43,114 nt of DNA from an uncultured Candidatus Saccharibacteria bacterium (GTDB lineage: Bacteria > Patescibacteriota > Dojkabacteria > SC72): assembly GCA_964449955.1 (NCBI GenBank), contig CAYVBS010000004.1, positions 1 to 43,114 of the forward strand, in the 5' to 3' direction. The notes below the pieces were generated by a model. It did not search any database, was not told where the DNA came from, and saw only the letters and a program-made list of their open reading frames with translations. Shown in pieces: positions 15,070-24,884 of this stretch. Each line of letters begins with the position of its first letter. Position 1 is the stretch's first letter. The position numbers were made by a program, and so were the translations under genes.

Positions 15070-16347
15070 ATGTTTAGTAATGTCAATTCATATCTGTCTA
15101 AGAATCTGAAACAGTCAAAGAACTTCTTTTCCTTTTCTTTGCTTAGGGCCTTAGGAGAAGGACTGTTTTACATATTACCATTGTTACTAGCAAAGTTTCT
15201 TACTCAGGAAGACTTTGCATCGTTCTCATTAATTCAAATGGTTGTGATGATACTGATAACTGTGCTTTTAACTTCCGCTCAAACCCCTATTGTTGTGTAT
15301 GCAAATAAGGAACTAGCTAAAAGTGGTTCTGTTAACAGAACATTCACTATTCAACTTCTGTTCTTGTTCATTTCAGTTGTGACTGGCGTTGGAGCTTTAC
15401 TTGTGTTTAAGTCATACTTCCTTTCTTTTACGCATATTGAAGATATATTGTTTAGCTCAGTATTTTTCTTCTATATCTCGCTAAATCTGAAAATATTCTT
15501 TGAGAATCTTTTCCTCTCACTCAACAGAAGGAACATGAATGCTCTGTATGCTATTTTAGTTGGCGTATTGAGTGTTTTACTATTATTGATTTATAACTAC
15601 TACAATCAACTGGATTTGGGTGCTGTGTTTCAAATATATTTCATATCCTCTGTAGCAGTATCCTTAATAAGTACGCTATTACTGCTTAAGGAAAAACTTT
15701 TCCCATTGGAATTTGACGGTAAGATATTAAAGGAGGTTTTTAAGTGGTCTTCATGGCAAATATTTGGACTGCTTAGTGTACAGTTAATAAACTGGGGAGA
15801 TAATATTGTGCTTAGATACTTTGTAGATCTTGAACAGATAGCTGTATACAACCTTGCATACCAGGTATTTAAAGGATTGGTTGGTGCTACCTTTATCATA
15901 AGTACTTACTTCCTACCTTATTTAACACAAAATGTAGATAATATTCAGAAACTTAAAAGTTATCTTTATGTCAAAAGAGTTAAGATTATAATATTAGCAG
16001 TACTCTTGATCTTATTTACAATAGCAATTACCCCATTAGTCCTTCCTAAAATATATGGACCAGATTATCAAGGTGCCGTACCGATTCTAATGGTTCTGTT
16101 GATAGCTTTGATGTTCCATACATACTCAGTGTTCTATGTTCCTTTGTTCAATGTTACTAATAGATACACTTTCCTTCAGATCTTTAATGTTCTTCAGGTC
16201 ATTCTAAACCTAGGATTAGATGTAATATTGATATCTAAACTAGGAATAATAGGAGGTGCCTATGCAACTCTCTTTAGCTATAGTGTGCGAGCACTCGCGA
16301 ACGAGGTTTACTTTAGAAAGAACTTCCCAGAAATAAGAAAGACTTAG
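15070..16347 (+). CDS. wzx: Wzx-type (MOP superfamily) oligosaccharide flippase, copy 1
   Basis: 425 aa with about 12 predicted TM helices. Polysaccharide-biosynthesis-protein-like N-terminus. Located in the glycan operon. Confidence 0.65.
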   Translation: MFSNVNSYLSKNLKQSKNFFSFSLLRALGEGLFYILPLLLAKFLTQEDFASFSLIQMVVMILITVLLTSAQTPIVVYANKELAKSGSVNRTFTIQLLFLFISVVTGVGALLVFKSYFLSFTHIEDILFSSVFFFYISLNLKIFFENLFLSLNRRNMNALYAILVGVLSVLLLLIYNYYNQLDLGAVFQIYFISSVAVSLISTLLLLKEKLFPLEFDGKILKEVFKWSSWQIFGLLSVQLINWGDNIVLRYFVDLEQIAVYNLAYQVFKGLVGATFIISTYFLPYLTQNVDNIQKLKSYLYVKRVKIIILAVLLILFTIAITPLVLPKIYGPDYQGAVPILMVLLIALMFHTYSVFYVPLFNVTNRYTFLQIFNVLQVILNLGLDVILISKLGIIGGAYATLFSYSVRALANEVYFRKNFPEIRKT

Positions 16348-17699
16348 ACTTCTGATAATGTATAGAGATATTTACCACTTTTTAAAGTTGGAATATCTTT
16401 GACTTCTTGCCATTCTATTTGACAGTCATTTCCCATGACTTCCTGTATGGAACTTTCAATCTTTGAAACGTACTGCTGGAAACTGTTTTTATCTTTCATT
16501 ACCACTTTTATTACTAGATAATCATAATCTTTCTGTATTACCTGGAACTTTCTAATAAATCCAGTATTAAATACTACTCCTATAAAGTGAATAAAGAATT
16601 CGCCAGGTATTAATCTGCCGTCCCTTGTTTTGAATACACTCATCTCCCTACCTTCAACACTCTTTATAAGAGGTAAGCCTCTGCCACAGGAACATTTAAT
16701 ATCTGCTGCAACTGTACCTAAATCTCCAATATCATATCGTATTAATGGCATTGAGTAATTATTAAGTGTTGTAACATATATTTTACCTGTTTCGTTAGGT
16801 TTACAAGGTTTTAAATTTTTATCTAGAATCTCAACATAGTTATGTATAACATCTACATGCAGACCTTCATTTCTTTCACAACTGCATGCCACATCTCCAA
16901 CTTCTCTTGACCCATATCGGTTAAACACTGGGGCATTGAAAGCTTTCTGGATGACAGATCTTATTTCTGGATATAGTGTGCCTGCGGAAGTAATTACTCC
17001 TTTAGGAGTATGTATATTTTTACTTTCCTTATTTATATATTGACTTATTTCGTATACTGATTGTACATAACCCTCTATAATAGTTGGCTTAAATTTGTTG
17101 ATCTCCCTTATATACTTATCAAAATTTTCTGGAGACATTCTGAAAGAATTAAGAATTCTTCGTCCAGAAAAGAAGTTCTGTATGTTAGCCTTCAATCCAT
17201 TTCCACCAACGAGAATATCTCTTTCAGAACCCCACAGTTTTATTAACCTTGAAGGATACTTACTAATGAAAGAATAGAAAAACCACTTAGTTGCCATCCC
17301 TTCTACCCAGGTTCTTCTATCTCTTATAAAATTAACAGGGTTACCTGTTGATCCACCAGAATGATTTAGATAAGACTTCCTTTTCTTCTGTTCAGCATCT
17401 CTCGATTTTAAATCATCAAAATTCTTCTGAATGATATCTTTTGTTAAAATAGGAATCTTTGAGAAATTCTTAAGATTTACCAATTTTGTTTTTGGATCAA
17501 CTACATCCGCTTGGGCTAAAACTTCTCGGTAATAAGGTACATTACTATAAGAGTGTAGAAGCACTTTCTCTAAATTCCTTCTTTGTAATTCTAGGTTTTC
17601 TTCAATATGGTTGTACTCAAGTTCCTTTAACTCGTTGTATGGTTTAAAAATATCTTTTCCAGAGAGTTTGAGTAGCACTTGTAATATCAAATTTCTCAC
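16344..17699 (-). CDS. Adenylate-forming enzyme, PaaK/CapK/F390-synthetase-like, copy 1
   Basis: SGGSTGNPV (AMP-binding core), YGSREVG, YDIGDLG, C-terminal LKSGKYLY. GTG start overlaps the upstream TGA (GTGA). Confidence 0.7.
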   Translation of the reverse strand: MRNLILQVLLKLSGKDIFKPYNELKELEYNHIEENLELQRRNLEKVLLHSYSNVPYYREVLAQADVVDPKTKLVNLKNFSKIPILTKDIIQKNFDDLKSRDAEQKKRKSYLNHSGGSTGNPVNFIRDRRTWVEGMATKWFFYSFISKYPSRLIKLWGSERDILVGGNGLKANIQNFFSGRRILNSFRMSPENFDKYIREINKFKPTIIEGYVQSVYEISQYINKESKNIHTPKGVITSAGTLYPEIRSVIQKAFNAPVFNRYGSREVGDVACSCERNEGLHVDVIHNYVEILDKNLKPCKPNETGKIYVTTLNNYSMPLIRYDIGDLGTVAADIKCSCGRGLPLIKSVEGREMSVFKTRDGRLIPGEFFIHFIGVVFNTGFIRKFQVIQKDYDYLVIKVVMKDKNSFQQYVSKIESSIQEVMGNDCQIEWQEVKDIPTLKSGKYLYTLSEV

Positions 17700-18778
17700 T
17701 TAGTTATGATCTTTAAAAACTTAGCAGAGTTTATAACAATATCATGGTTCTCTTTAGCATATTTATAAGCATTTTCAGATAAGGCATGGAGTAGTTCTGG
17801 TCTCTCCAAAACTTCTTGAAATTTAGTTTTAAGGGCATCCATATCATTATCAGTCACAAATCCACATTTATATTTTGTTATGAATTCATTTGGGTTAACA
17901 TTAAGTGAGAGTATTGGGACCTTTGATTTTGTAGCTTGTATCAGTGTGTTCTGAAAACCTTCAGAAATAGAAGTTGTAACATACATTTTAGCATGTTCAA
18001 AATAGTAATCAATCTCATCAAATGGAACAAAATCTATAAATTTTACATTTGAAAGGATCTTTGCTTTCTTCTTAATGTCTTCTGAAAACTGTGGATTTTC
18101 TGTTGAAGGTGGACAGATTATTACGAACTTCTCTTGGGGATAACTTCTAGCGAGTTCTAAAAACAGTTCAGGTCTTTTCCACGGTTCAGATCTTCCGACC
18201 CACAAAGTGTATGCCCTCTTAGAGGGTAATTGTGTGGATATTGGATATGAGGAGTTAAGTATTACTGCACTAATCTTTTTATTACTCCTTAATTGCTCTT
18301 TTTGATAGCTATTCTGTACAATAACGATATCGGAGAACCGAAAGGTTAAATTTGCTAATATCGAAGTTATAAAGTTATGTTTCTTTTCATATTCTCCATC
18401 TGTTTGGGTGTCATGTGCAATCATATATATAGTTCTTTTCCTCATCAACTTAAGTAATAGGGTTATCACCCCAGTTTGAGGAGTTAATGCACGCTGAATA
18501 TAAATATCAGCTCTCACTTGTTGTACTACTAACAATAGTTTATATACATTCCACAGAATATTCCTAGAGAAATCGAAGCTGTTCCATACACTAACTTTTT
18601 TTATATTTTCCTTTAGGGGTTGCCCAAAGTTTGAAACTAAGAAATGAATTTCTAGATTCTTGTTTTTTGTTAAAGCAGTTGCTAATAAATACATTTGTAC
18701 TTCTGCACCTCCGAAAGTTTTCTTCACCTGAGGATTAAAAAGGGGATAGGCTTTGGGTGATATAAAACAGATTCTCAT
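17696..18778 (-). CDS. GT4-family (GT-B fold) glycosyltransferase
   Basis: FGGAEVQMY N-terminal motif. C-terminal SISEGFQNTLIQATKSKVPIL (E-x7-E region). Confidence 0.7.
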   Translation of the reverse strand: MRICFISPKAYPLFNPQVKKTFGGAEVQMYLLATALTKNKNLEIHFLVSNFGQPLKENIKKVSVWNSFDFSRNILWNVYKLLLVVQQVRADIYIQRALTPQTGVITLLLKLMRKRTIYMIAHDTQTDGEYEKKHNFITSILANLTFRFSDIVIVQNSYQKEQLRSNKKISAVILNSSYPISTQLPSKRAYTLWVGRSEPWKRPELFLELARSYPQEKFVIICPPSTENPQFSEDIKKKAKILSNVKFIDFVPFDEIDYYFEHAKMYVTTSISEGFQNTLIQATKSKVPILSLNVNPNEFITKYKCGFVTDNDMDALKTKFQEVLERPELLHALSENAYKYAKENHDIVINSAKFLKIITK

Positions 18779-20118
18779 TTTATATTACAGATAGTATATA
18801 AATGCTTCCCGCTCCTAGTTTTAGGGATATCTTTTACAAAATGCCACTTAACCTTAAATTCTTTACCCATTAACATTTTTGTTTTCTCTTCTATATCTTT
18901 CATCTCCGCTTCATTCTCTTCTCCTACGATACTGATCTCTATCTTGTCATATTCATTTTGAACAGCCTGAAACTTCTTGATCCAGTTTCTAAAGAAGAGT
19001 TGTTGTACTAAAAAGTGACTATGTTTAAGGGTTCCATCTTTCTTTTTAAAGAATCCCAGCGTTCTCCCTATGACTGGTTTTGTAGTCAGGTAAGAAACAG
19101 TATCTCCTATTTTATAAGATTTATTACCTTCCTCTGCAACATCTCCAATACTGTACCTGATTAAGGGCATAGAATAGTTATCAAGACATGTTATCACTAT
19201 TTCTTTTTCAGAAGTTGAACCTTCTAATTCCAAAATTTGTCTCCAGATACATACTTCCATCTCTCCATTTTCATTTTCTAAAGAGATGGCCCCAACTTCT
19301 CTTGATCCATACTGATTAAATACTTTACTTCCAAAAGCTTTTTCAATGATAGCTCTATTCTTTTCATAAAGGGGGCCACTAGTTGTAATTATCAGTTTCG
19401 GAGAGTATAGTCTTATTTTGTTTGTCAGTATATATTTACTAAATTCATAGACTGCGTCTACATATGTCCAGTAGGAAGCGGGTTTAAAGTGGTTATTTAA
19501 CTTAACTAATTCATTCATAGCTTCTTCTGAAAAATCGTAGCAATTAAAAAACCTGCGGTTGTATAAATAGTTAATAATGCGATCTTTAATCGTCAAATTC
19601 CCTTTAATTATGTCAACGTCTGAACCCCACAATTTAACCTCTTTCTCTCCAAGATCTTTTCCATGTTTTGAAAAAAAGTAAATTTTAGTAGCAATGTTTC
19701 CATAGTCATACTCTTTATCCTGTAGAAAAGTTACAGGCTCTCCTGTGCTTCCACCAGAGGAATTTTGGTAAGAATGCCTCTGAATATGTTCTTTCGAATA
19801 TAGATTAGCTCCTTCGCGACGGATTATTTCTTTCGTTAGAATTGGAATTTTACTAAAATTCTCTAAAAATACTTCTCCATTTTTCATTACTCCTGCCTCA
19901 CTAAGGATTTTACGGTAGTAAGGAACATTTTTGTAAGAGTATAGAAGTAGATTCTTTAACTTCTCTTTTTGTATTTTTACCTTTTTATCAAAAGGATAAT
20001 TCTCTAATGTTTTTATCTCTCTTAGCTTTTGAGGTACTTTACTTCCTGATAATCTCAGAAGTAAGAGAATAGTTGGTTTACGCCAGTTTATCATATAGCC
20101 TCCTATAGCTTTGGGCAA
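18775..20118 (-). CDS. Adenylate-forming enzyme, PaaK/CapK-like, copy 2. The start may be Met9 at 20094.
   Basis: SGGSTGEPV, YGSREVG, YSIGDVA, C-terminal RSGKHLY. Clear paralogue of 16344..17699 (NVPYYR..., NFSKIPILTK shared). Confidence 0.7.
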   Translation of the reverse strand: MPKAIGGYMINWRKPTILLLLRLSGSKVPQKLREIKTLENYPFDKKVKIQKEKLKNLLLYSYKNVPYYRKILSEAGVMKNGEVFLENFSKIPILTKEIIRREGANLYSKEHIQRHSYQNSSGGSTGEPVTFLQDKEYDYGNIATKIYFFSKHGKDLGEKEVKLWGSDVDIIKGNLTIKDRIINYLYNRRFFNCYDFSEEAMNELVKLNNHFKPASYWTYVDAVYEFSKYILTNKIRLYSPKLIITTSGPLYEKNRAIIEKAFGSKVFNQYGSREVGAISLENENGEMEVCIWRQILELEGSTSEKEIVITCLDNYSMPLIRYSIGDVAEEGNKSYKIGDTVSYLTTKPVIGRTLGFFKKKDGTLKHSHFLVQQLFFRNWIKKFQAVQNEYDKIEISIVGEENEAEMKDIEEKTKMLMGKEFKVKWHFVKDIPKTRSGKHLYTICNIK

Positions 20119-21193
20119 CCTCTTGCCAACTCAAATTTTCAGCTAATTTACGAGAGGTTTTGCCCATTTTTTTAAGTAAATTACGATCGTCTTTCAATCT
20201 AAGAATTATAGAGCGTATTGCATCTGAGTCTCTCGGCTGAACTATAAAACCATTATCTTTGATTAACTCCTCTGAACCACCTACGTTTGTTGTAATAATA
20301 GGTAATCCAGATGCCATAGCTTCCAATATGGAATTACTCATACCTTCATTTAGAGAAGGTAATATAAAGAGATCTTTTTGAGCAAGAATTGAGGGTATTT
20401 TCTTGTGGGGTTGTTTATCCATAAAATCTACATTTAGTTTGCATTTCATCGCAATAGCTACAAGATTTTCTTTCTCAGGTCCGTCTCCCACTAGTGTTAG
20501 TCTGATACCTTCCATTCCTTTGATTGCTTCCAAGAGGTAATTATATCCTTTTATTGTTGCTAGTCTACCTGTTGATACAATTTCCAAGGTTTTGTTGTTT
20601 TCTTTAGCGTTGCCCGGTCTGAATTCATATATATCTACACCGTTTGTAATTATTTCTATATCTTTGTTGAGTTGAGGCATAATGCCTTTGGCAAACTCCT
20701 TCATACCTTTTGAGTTTGCTACTAGAATATTCGACTTATTCCAGATTAACTGGCTTAGTCTTTTAAAGAGTAACTTATCTAAAATTTGATGTTTTTGATT
20801 ATAGAAGGGGACATCGCTTCCTCTAAGGCTAACAATGTAGGGTAGACCTAAAAGCATTGCAATAAAGCCAGATGGTATTCCAAAAAAGGCATGGCATATA
20901 TCGTATTTATTTCTCTGCATTAGCTTTCTTGCATAAAAATATGATTTGAATGAATATGTTATAAGATCTTTATAACTTTGAAAATGCAAATTTCCCTTCT
21001 TGCCAATGTTTAATTGATGAATAGTAATATTGTTCCCTAAAGTTTCTACCTTATACTTGTCTATTGATGAAGTTACCAAATCAATGACTAAATCTTTGTT
21101 TTTAGAATATTCCTTTAACAGGTAGTAATTTGCATTTGCAGCTCCTCCTCCTAGAGGAGGGTACTCATAGTTTAGGAAAAGAATTCTCTTCAT
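20078..21193 (-). CDS. GT4-family glycosyltransferase
   Basis: YPPLGGGAANA N-terminus. PSLNEGMSNSILEAMASGLPIITTNVGG (E-x7-E). Confidence 0.8.
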   Translation of the reverse strand: MKRILFLNYEYPPLGGGAANANYYLLKEYSKNKDLVIDLVTSSIDKYKVETLGNNITIHQLNIGKKGNLHFQSYKDLITYSFKSYFYARKLMQRNKYDICHAFFGIPSGFIAMLLGLPYIVSLRGSDVPFYNQKHQILDKLLFKRLSQLIWNKSNILVANSKGMKEFAKGIMPQLNKDIEIITNGVDIYEFRPGNAKENNKTLEIVSTGRLATIKGYNYLLEAIKGMEGIRLTLVGDGPEKENLVAIAMKCKLNVDFMDKQPHKKIPSILAQKDLFILPSLNEGMSNSILEAMASGLPIITTNVGGSEELIKDNGFIVQPRDSDAIRSIILRLKDDRNLLKKMGKTSRKLAENLSWQEVAQSYRRLYDKLA

Positions 21194-21213
21194 ATATATA
21201 TTAGACTAAAATG

Positions 21214-23274
21214 TTAATTACTAATTGGTTCCCAGTAATATATATCAAAACCCTTTTCGCCCTCTGTAGAGAGTAAGTAATGAATGATGTTGTGGGCGGT
21301 GTATGAATCTTTAAGTGGGAAACCATTGCTGTTCCATTTTGTATTACGATCTTTATCAATTATCATCCATCCAGAACCTATTTTTTTCATTACTTTAGTG
21401 ATTCTTTCTTTTTCATTTAAAGTACAAACTTTATCTAGACATTCTTCTCCTAAGTAAGGAGTTGAGTACTCAGTTCCGTATCCATTATCGCTACTTATAT
21501 AATAATAATGATCTACGGTTGTATAATCATACCAGAACTCTCCATTATCTTTATACATAAACCTTTTTAAGGGATAGCTTTCGGTATCTTCTTTGTTTAT
21601 AAATGTATATTCATTCATCCAATAGCCGAACATATCTGATCTTGTAGTTATTACTTTATCTCCTGGTTTATATCCTAAATTGTAGAGAGTATCGAAAAGG
21701 ACCTTATGGTCGTAATGTGAAATTCCTGTTTTTGGGTCTAGATAATTAGGATCTTCTGTTAATAATCCTTGGATAACATTAAAAGGTGAAAAGAGGATAA
21801 ATAGAACTAATACACAAGCATATTTTATATAGTGTTTAATGGGTAGTGTTAGAACTATCTCTAACACTTTGGATATTGCTATGGATAGAATTAGTATAAA
21901 AATAGGTATAGCAAAATATATATATCGAGCACCAAAATACCGGTCTGAAAGTAGTACAAAAGGTAAGAGGGATAAAAGGAGCATTAAGTAGAAAGCAATG
22001 ATTGTAATTCTGTTCTTTTCTATTGTTAATGGCACTATAGAAAATAATATAAAGAGAGCGCTTGGTATAAGGGGTATAGCTGGATACCACATTAGTCTGA
22101 ATGAGCTTCCTCCGTATATAGGATTAAAGAGCATATTTATGTAGTCAGTGTTTATATTGAAAGAATTTATCAACCAAGAATAATCAGTTAGTATAAAGTA
22201 GACGACAGCTAAAGTAAGAACACCAAGAGTTAACATGAGAAGTACTTTATAGAATTGTTTTAGACTAAGAAACGTAATCCAGATTCTTTGCATATTCAAG
22301 ATAACGAGTAGAATTACTTCGGCTTCCCAGGTAATTAATATACCACCAGACTGTGTATCTAGGAGGAAATAAAATGCTAAGACTATATTTACTATCAAGA
22401 AGAACAGGGGTTTATATAGCTTCGTTAGTTTTACATTTTTTATAAAATCGTTAAGGATAAGTGTACTTACAATAGCTAATAGGAAGAAGAAAATAAGATA
22501 TTCATAATCTCTAATGTACCTTGCCATGCCGACAGCTAAAGGGCTAACTGAGAATAAATAGGCTGAAATAAGACCTACTTGCTTTGATATTCTAGAACCA
22601 ATAATCGACATTAAGAAAGTAGATATTACCCCTAGTAAAACTCCTGGGAGTCTTGATAGGAAGATGTTAGAGCCAAAATACTTGTAAATTACCGTTAAAA
22701 GTTCTGTTAAGAACACACTTCTGGGATATCCGAAAGATCCAGTTAAGAAGTTCTTTTTTGCAGCTAACAAATTATAGTATTCATCTACAGCAGGTGGTAA
22801 AAAATCAAGATTATAGATTCGCAGGACTAAAGCCACTATTAAGATACATATCAAGATTGCTGTATAGAAACGAGAATTAATATCTTGTGTTTGCTTTTGT
22901 CTGCGGATATACTGATTATCGAATGTGTTATATCCTATTAGTAAAAGTGTTGTAACAGATGTGAATATGAAAATGTCTGTAATATAACCTAGAGTTAGGT
23001 TTTCATGGAATTTGGATTGTAAGTATATAGAAAGTAATAAAGCTATGATACAACCTCCACCTATTCTAAGGGAGTATTTGTTAAAGATACGACACTGTGA
23101 TTGTGAAATTAAGAAGATATATGTAACTACTAACAATATACTTCCCCAGTAAAGAAAAAAATTAAACGGACTTGGTATTCTTATACCTGCCTCTGTTAAC
23201 CAAAGGGTATTAAAAAGGGTTAGAATTAGAATTAAGCTTAAACTGATTTTTTTAATAAGGTTTAGATTCTTCAT
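21214..23274 (-). CDS. GT-C fold membrane glycosyltransferase (ArnT/PMT_2-like) with a C-terminal soluble domain
   Basis: 686 aa with more than 12 TM helices. First-loop acidic motif PPAVDEYYNLLAAKK. About 170-aa non-hydrophobic C-terminal domain. Confidence 0.6.
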   Translation of the reverse strand: MKNLNLIKKISLSLILILTLFNTLWLTEAGIRIPSPFNFFLYWGSILLVVTYIFLISQSQCRIFNKYSLRIGGGCIIALLLSIYLQSKFHENLTLGYITDIFIFTSVTTLLLIGYNTFDNQYIRRQKQTQDINSRFYTAILICILIVALVLRIYNLDFLPPAVDEYYNLLAAKKNFLTGSFGYPRSVFLTELLTVIYKYFGSNIFLSRLPGVLLGVISTFLMSIIGSRISKQVGLISAYLFSVSPLAVGMARYIRDYEYLIFFFLLAIVSTLILNDFIKNVKLTKLYKPLFFLIVNIVLAFYFLLDTQSGGILITWEAEVILLVILNMQRIWITFLSLKQFYKVLLMLTLGVLTLAVVYFILTDYSWLINSFNINTDYINMLFNPIYGGSSFRLMWYPAIPLIPSALFILFSIVPLTIEKNRITIIAFYLMLLLSLLPFVLLSDRYFGARYIYFAIPIFILILSIAISKVLEIVLTLPIKHYIKYACVLVLFILFSPFNVIQGLLTEDPNYLDPKTGISHYDHKVLFDTLYNLGYKPGDKVITTRSDMFGYWMNEYTFINKEDTESYPLKRFMYKDNGEFWYDYTTVDHYYYISSDNGYGTEYSTPYLGEECLDKVCTLNEKERITKVMKKIGSGWMIIDKDRNTKWNSNGFPLKDSYTAHNIIHYLLSTEGEKGFDIYYWEPISN

Positions 23275-24875
23275 AGTGATTCTCTATATAAACGGATATT
23301 TTGGAAAACAGATGGAGAGAGGGATCTTTTGAATAGTACTTTTAGATCAGAATAATCATATATGTCAGAGTTAACAATGTTACCGCTTGGCTTAATGGAG
23401 GAGTTTTTAAATATTGTATTTATATAGACTTCTTGATTTCCTATATCTGTACTTGCGTCATATTGAGAATTGGAAGTCCAAATGTCTATCTTTGAACTAA
23501 TCTTGTGTCTGTAAAAGTTATATTCTTGTAATCTCTGGAATTCCTGTAAATCCTTACTCAGATCTAAATTCCTAAACTCAAAAAGATGGGAAACTGATTT
23601 GTTAAACATAGTATAAAAACTTTCTGTAAAACATAAGGTAGAATTTTCACCCTCTTGTTTTAAAGGTGTTATAACAATACCTGGCTCAATAAAATAATTT
23701 GCAAAAGATTCTTGGTAGAAGTTTACTACATATGGAGTCCCGAACACTTGTTTATTTGGTGCTAGGTTTATCCCCAATATGGTTACAGGGAACTCAGGAG
23801 TTTCTATCTGCACATCCCCGGGTGCAATATCAATTATTAAAGGATTTTGTGGGGTGTGTTGCTGGGTCAGAACATAATCTTTGCTATTAATAGTAAACGT
23901 AACTTCTTCGCGAAGATCAAGTTCGGGATATATAATGAGGTGTGTATTCCGAAGTATCTTAGAGTATAGAGTTGTTTTAGAGTTTATGATTGTTACTTTC
24001 TCTGTAGTGGAGTAAATAGTATTTGATTTGATCTCCCGTATACATGTTTCAGCTGTTGTTTCAGATGGATAAATATCTATGGTGTACCATCCTTCTTTGA
24101 AATTACTAATATCGTCTGCTTTTATAGAGATAACTTGGTTACTTAGTTCTTGAACGAAGTGCTTAACTGTAGAATCTAACATGTTTTGAGCTTTTAACCC
24201 TGTCGTTACTTCGTTAATGTTATCAGAACGGATCATACCTGTAGATAGCTCTAAGTAGGAGTGCTCCTTAAGATATGTATAAAGTGTTACTTCTCCACAC
24301 AGATTAGTGCCACTCGTTGTGTTTATTTCTGATAGAACGGAAATTTCTTCTCCCGGGTTGTTTATAAATTCCTCCTTGTGCAAACTAAGATATTGAGATG
24401 GCATTTCTATGTAGTTTATATCCATTGTATTTAAACACTCAGTAAGGCTAGTGCATCGATTATCTTCAGCATATAAATAGAGATTTTTTTCTAAGGTAAT
24501 AGGTCTGCGGTCTTTTAAATATTGACGGTATATAGGATCGGAATAAGCGGTATTATAATAGAGTTGCCAGTTATCCTGGGTCTTAAAGGTACCTGAAATG
24601 CACATATCCTTATTATGTATAAAAGGAGGGGTGTTCAGGGTAAGGTAAAATGCACTGCTTGGGAATTCTTTAATATCACTAATATTGCTATTGCGTTCGT
24701 AGTAGCTATTCATTAACCCAAATGCAGAGATTTGATACTCCGAAGTTTGTACGTCAGAGGTAATATCACCTATATATAAAGTAAAGGGCTTTCTTAGTAA
24801 AGCTATATATAATAGAATGAAGAAAACAAAAAAACAGATTGTTATTATAGCGGGATATTTGAAATCTTTAACCAT
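23271..24875 (-). CDS. N-terminally anchored extracytoplasmic protein of unknown function
   Basis: Single N-terminal TM (AIITICFFVFFILLYIALL). 500-aa Asn/Ser/Thr/Tyr-rich soluble part. 4-nt overlap with the downstream GT-C gene. Confidence 0.5.
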   Translation of the reverse strand: MVKDFKYPAIITICFFVFFILLYIALLRKPFTLYIGDITSDVQTSEYQISAFGLMNSYYERNSNISDIKEFPSSAFYLTLNTPPFIHNKDMCISGTFKTQDNWQLYYNTAYSDPIYRQYLKDRRPITLEKNLYLYAEDNRCTSLTECLNTMDINYIEMPSQYLSLHKEEFINNPGEEISVLSEINTTSGTNLCGEVTLYTYLKEHSYLELSTGMIRSDNINEVTTGLKAQNMLDSTVKHFVQELSNQVISIKADDISNFKEGWYTIDIYPSETTAETCIREIKSNTIYSTTEKVTIINSKTTLYSKILRNTHLIIYPELDLREEVTFTINSKDYVLTQQHTPQNPLIIDIAPGDVQIETPEFPVTILGINLAPNKQVFGTPYVVNFYQESFANYFIEPGIVITPLKQEGENSTLCFTESFYTMFNKSVSHLFEFRNLDLSKDLQEFQRLQEYNFYRHKISSKIDIWTSNSQYDASTDIGNQEVYINTIFKNSSIKPSGNIVNSDIYDYSDLKVLFKRSLSPSVFQNIRLYRESL

Positions 24876-24884
24876 TTTTACAAC

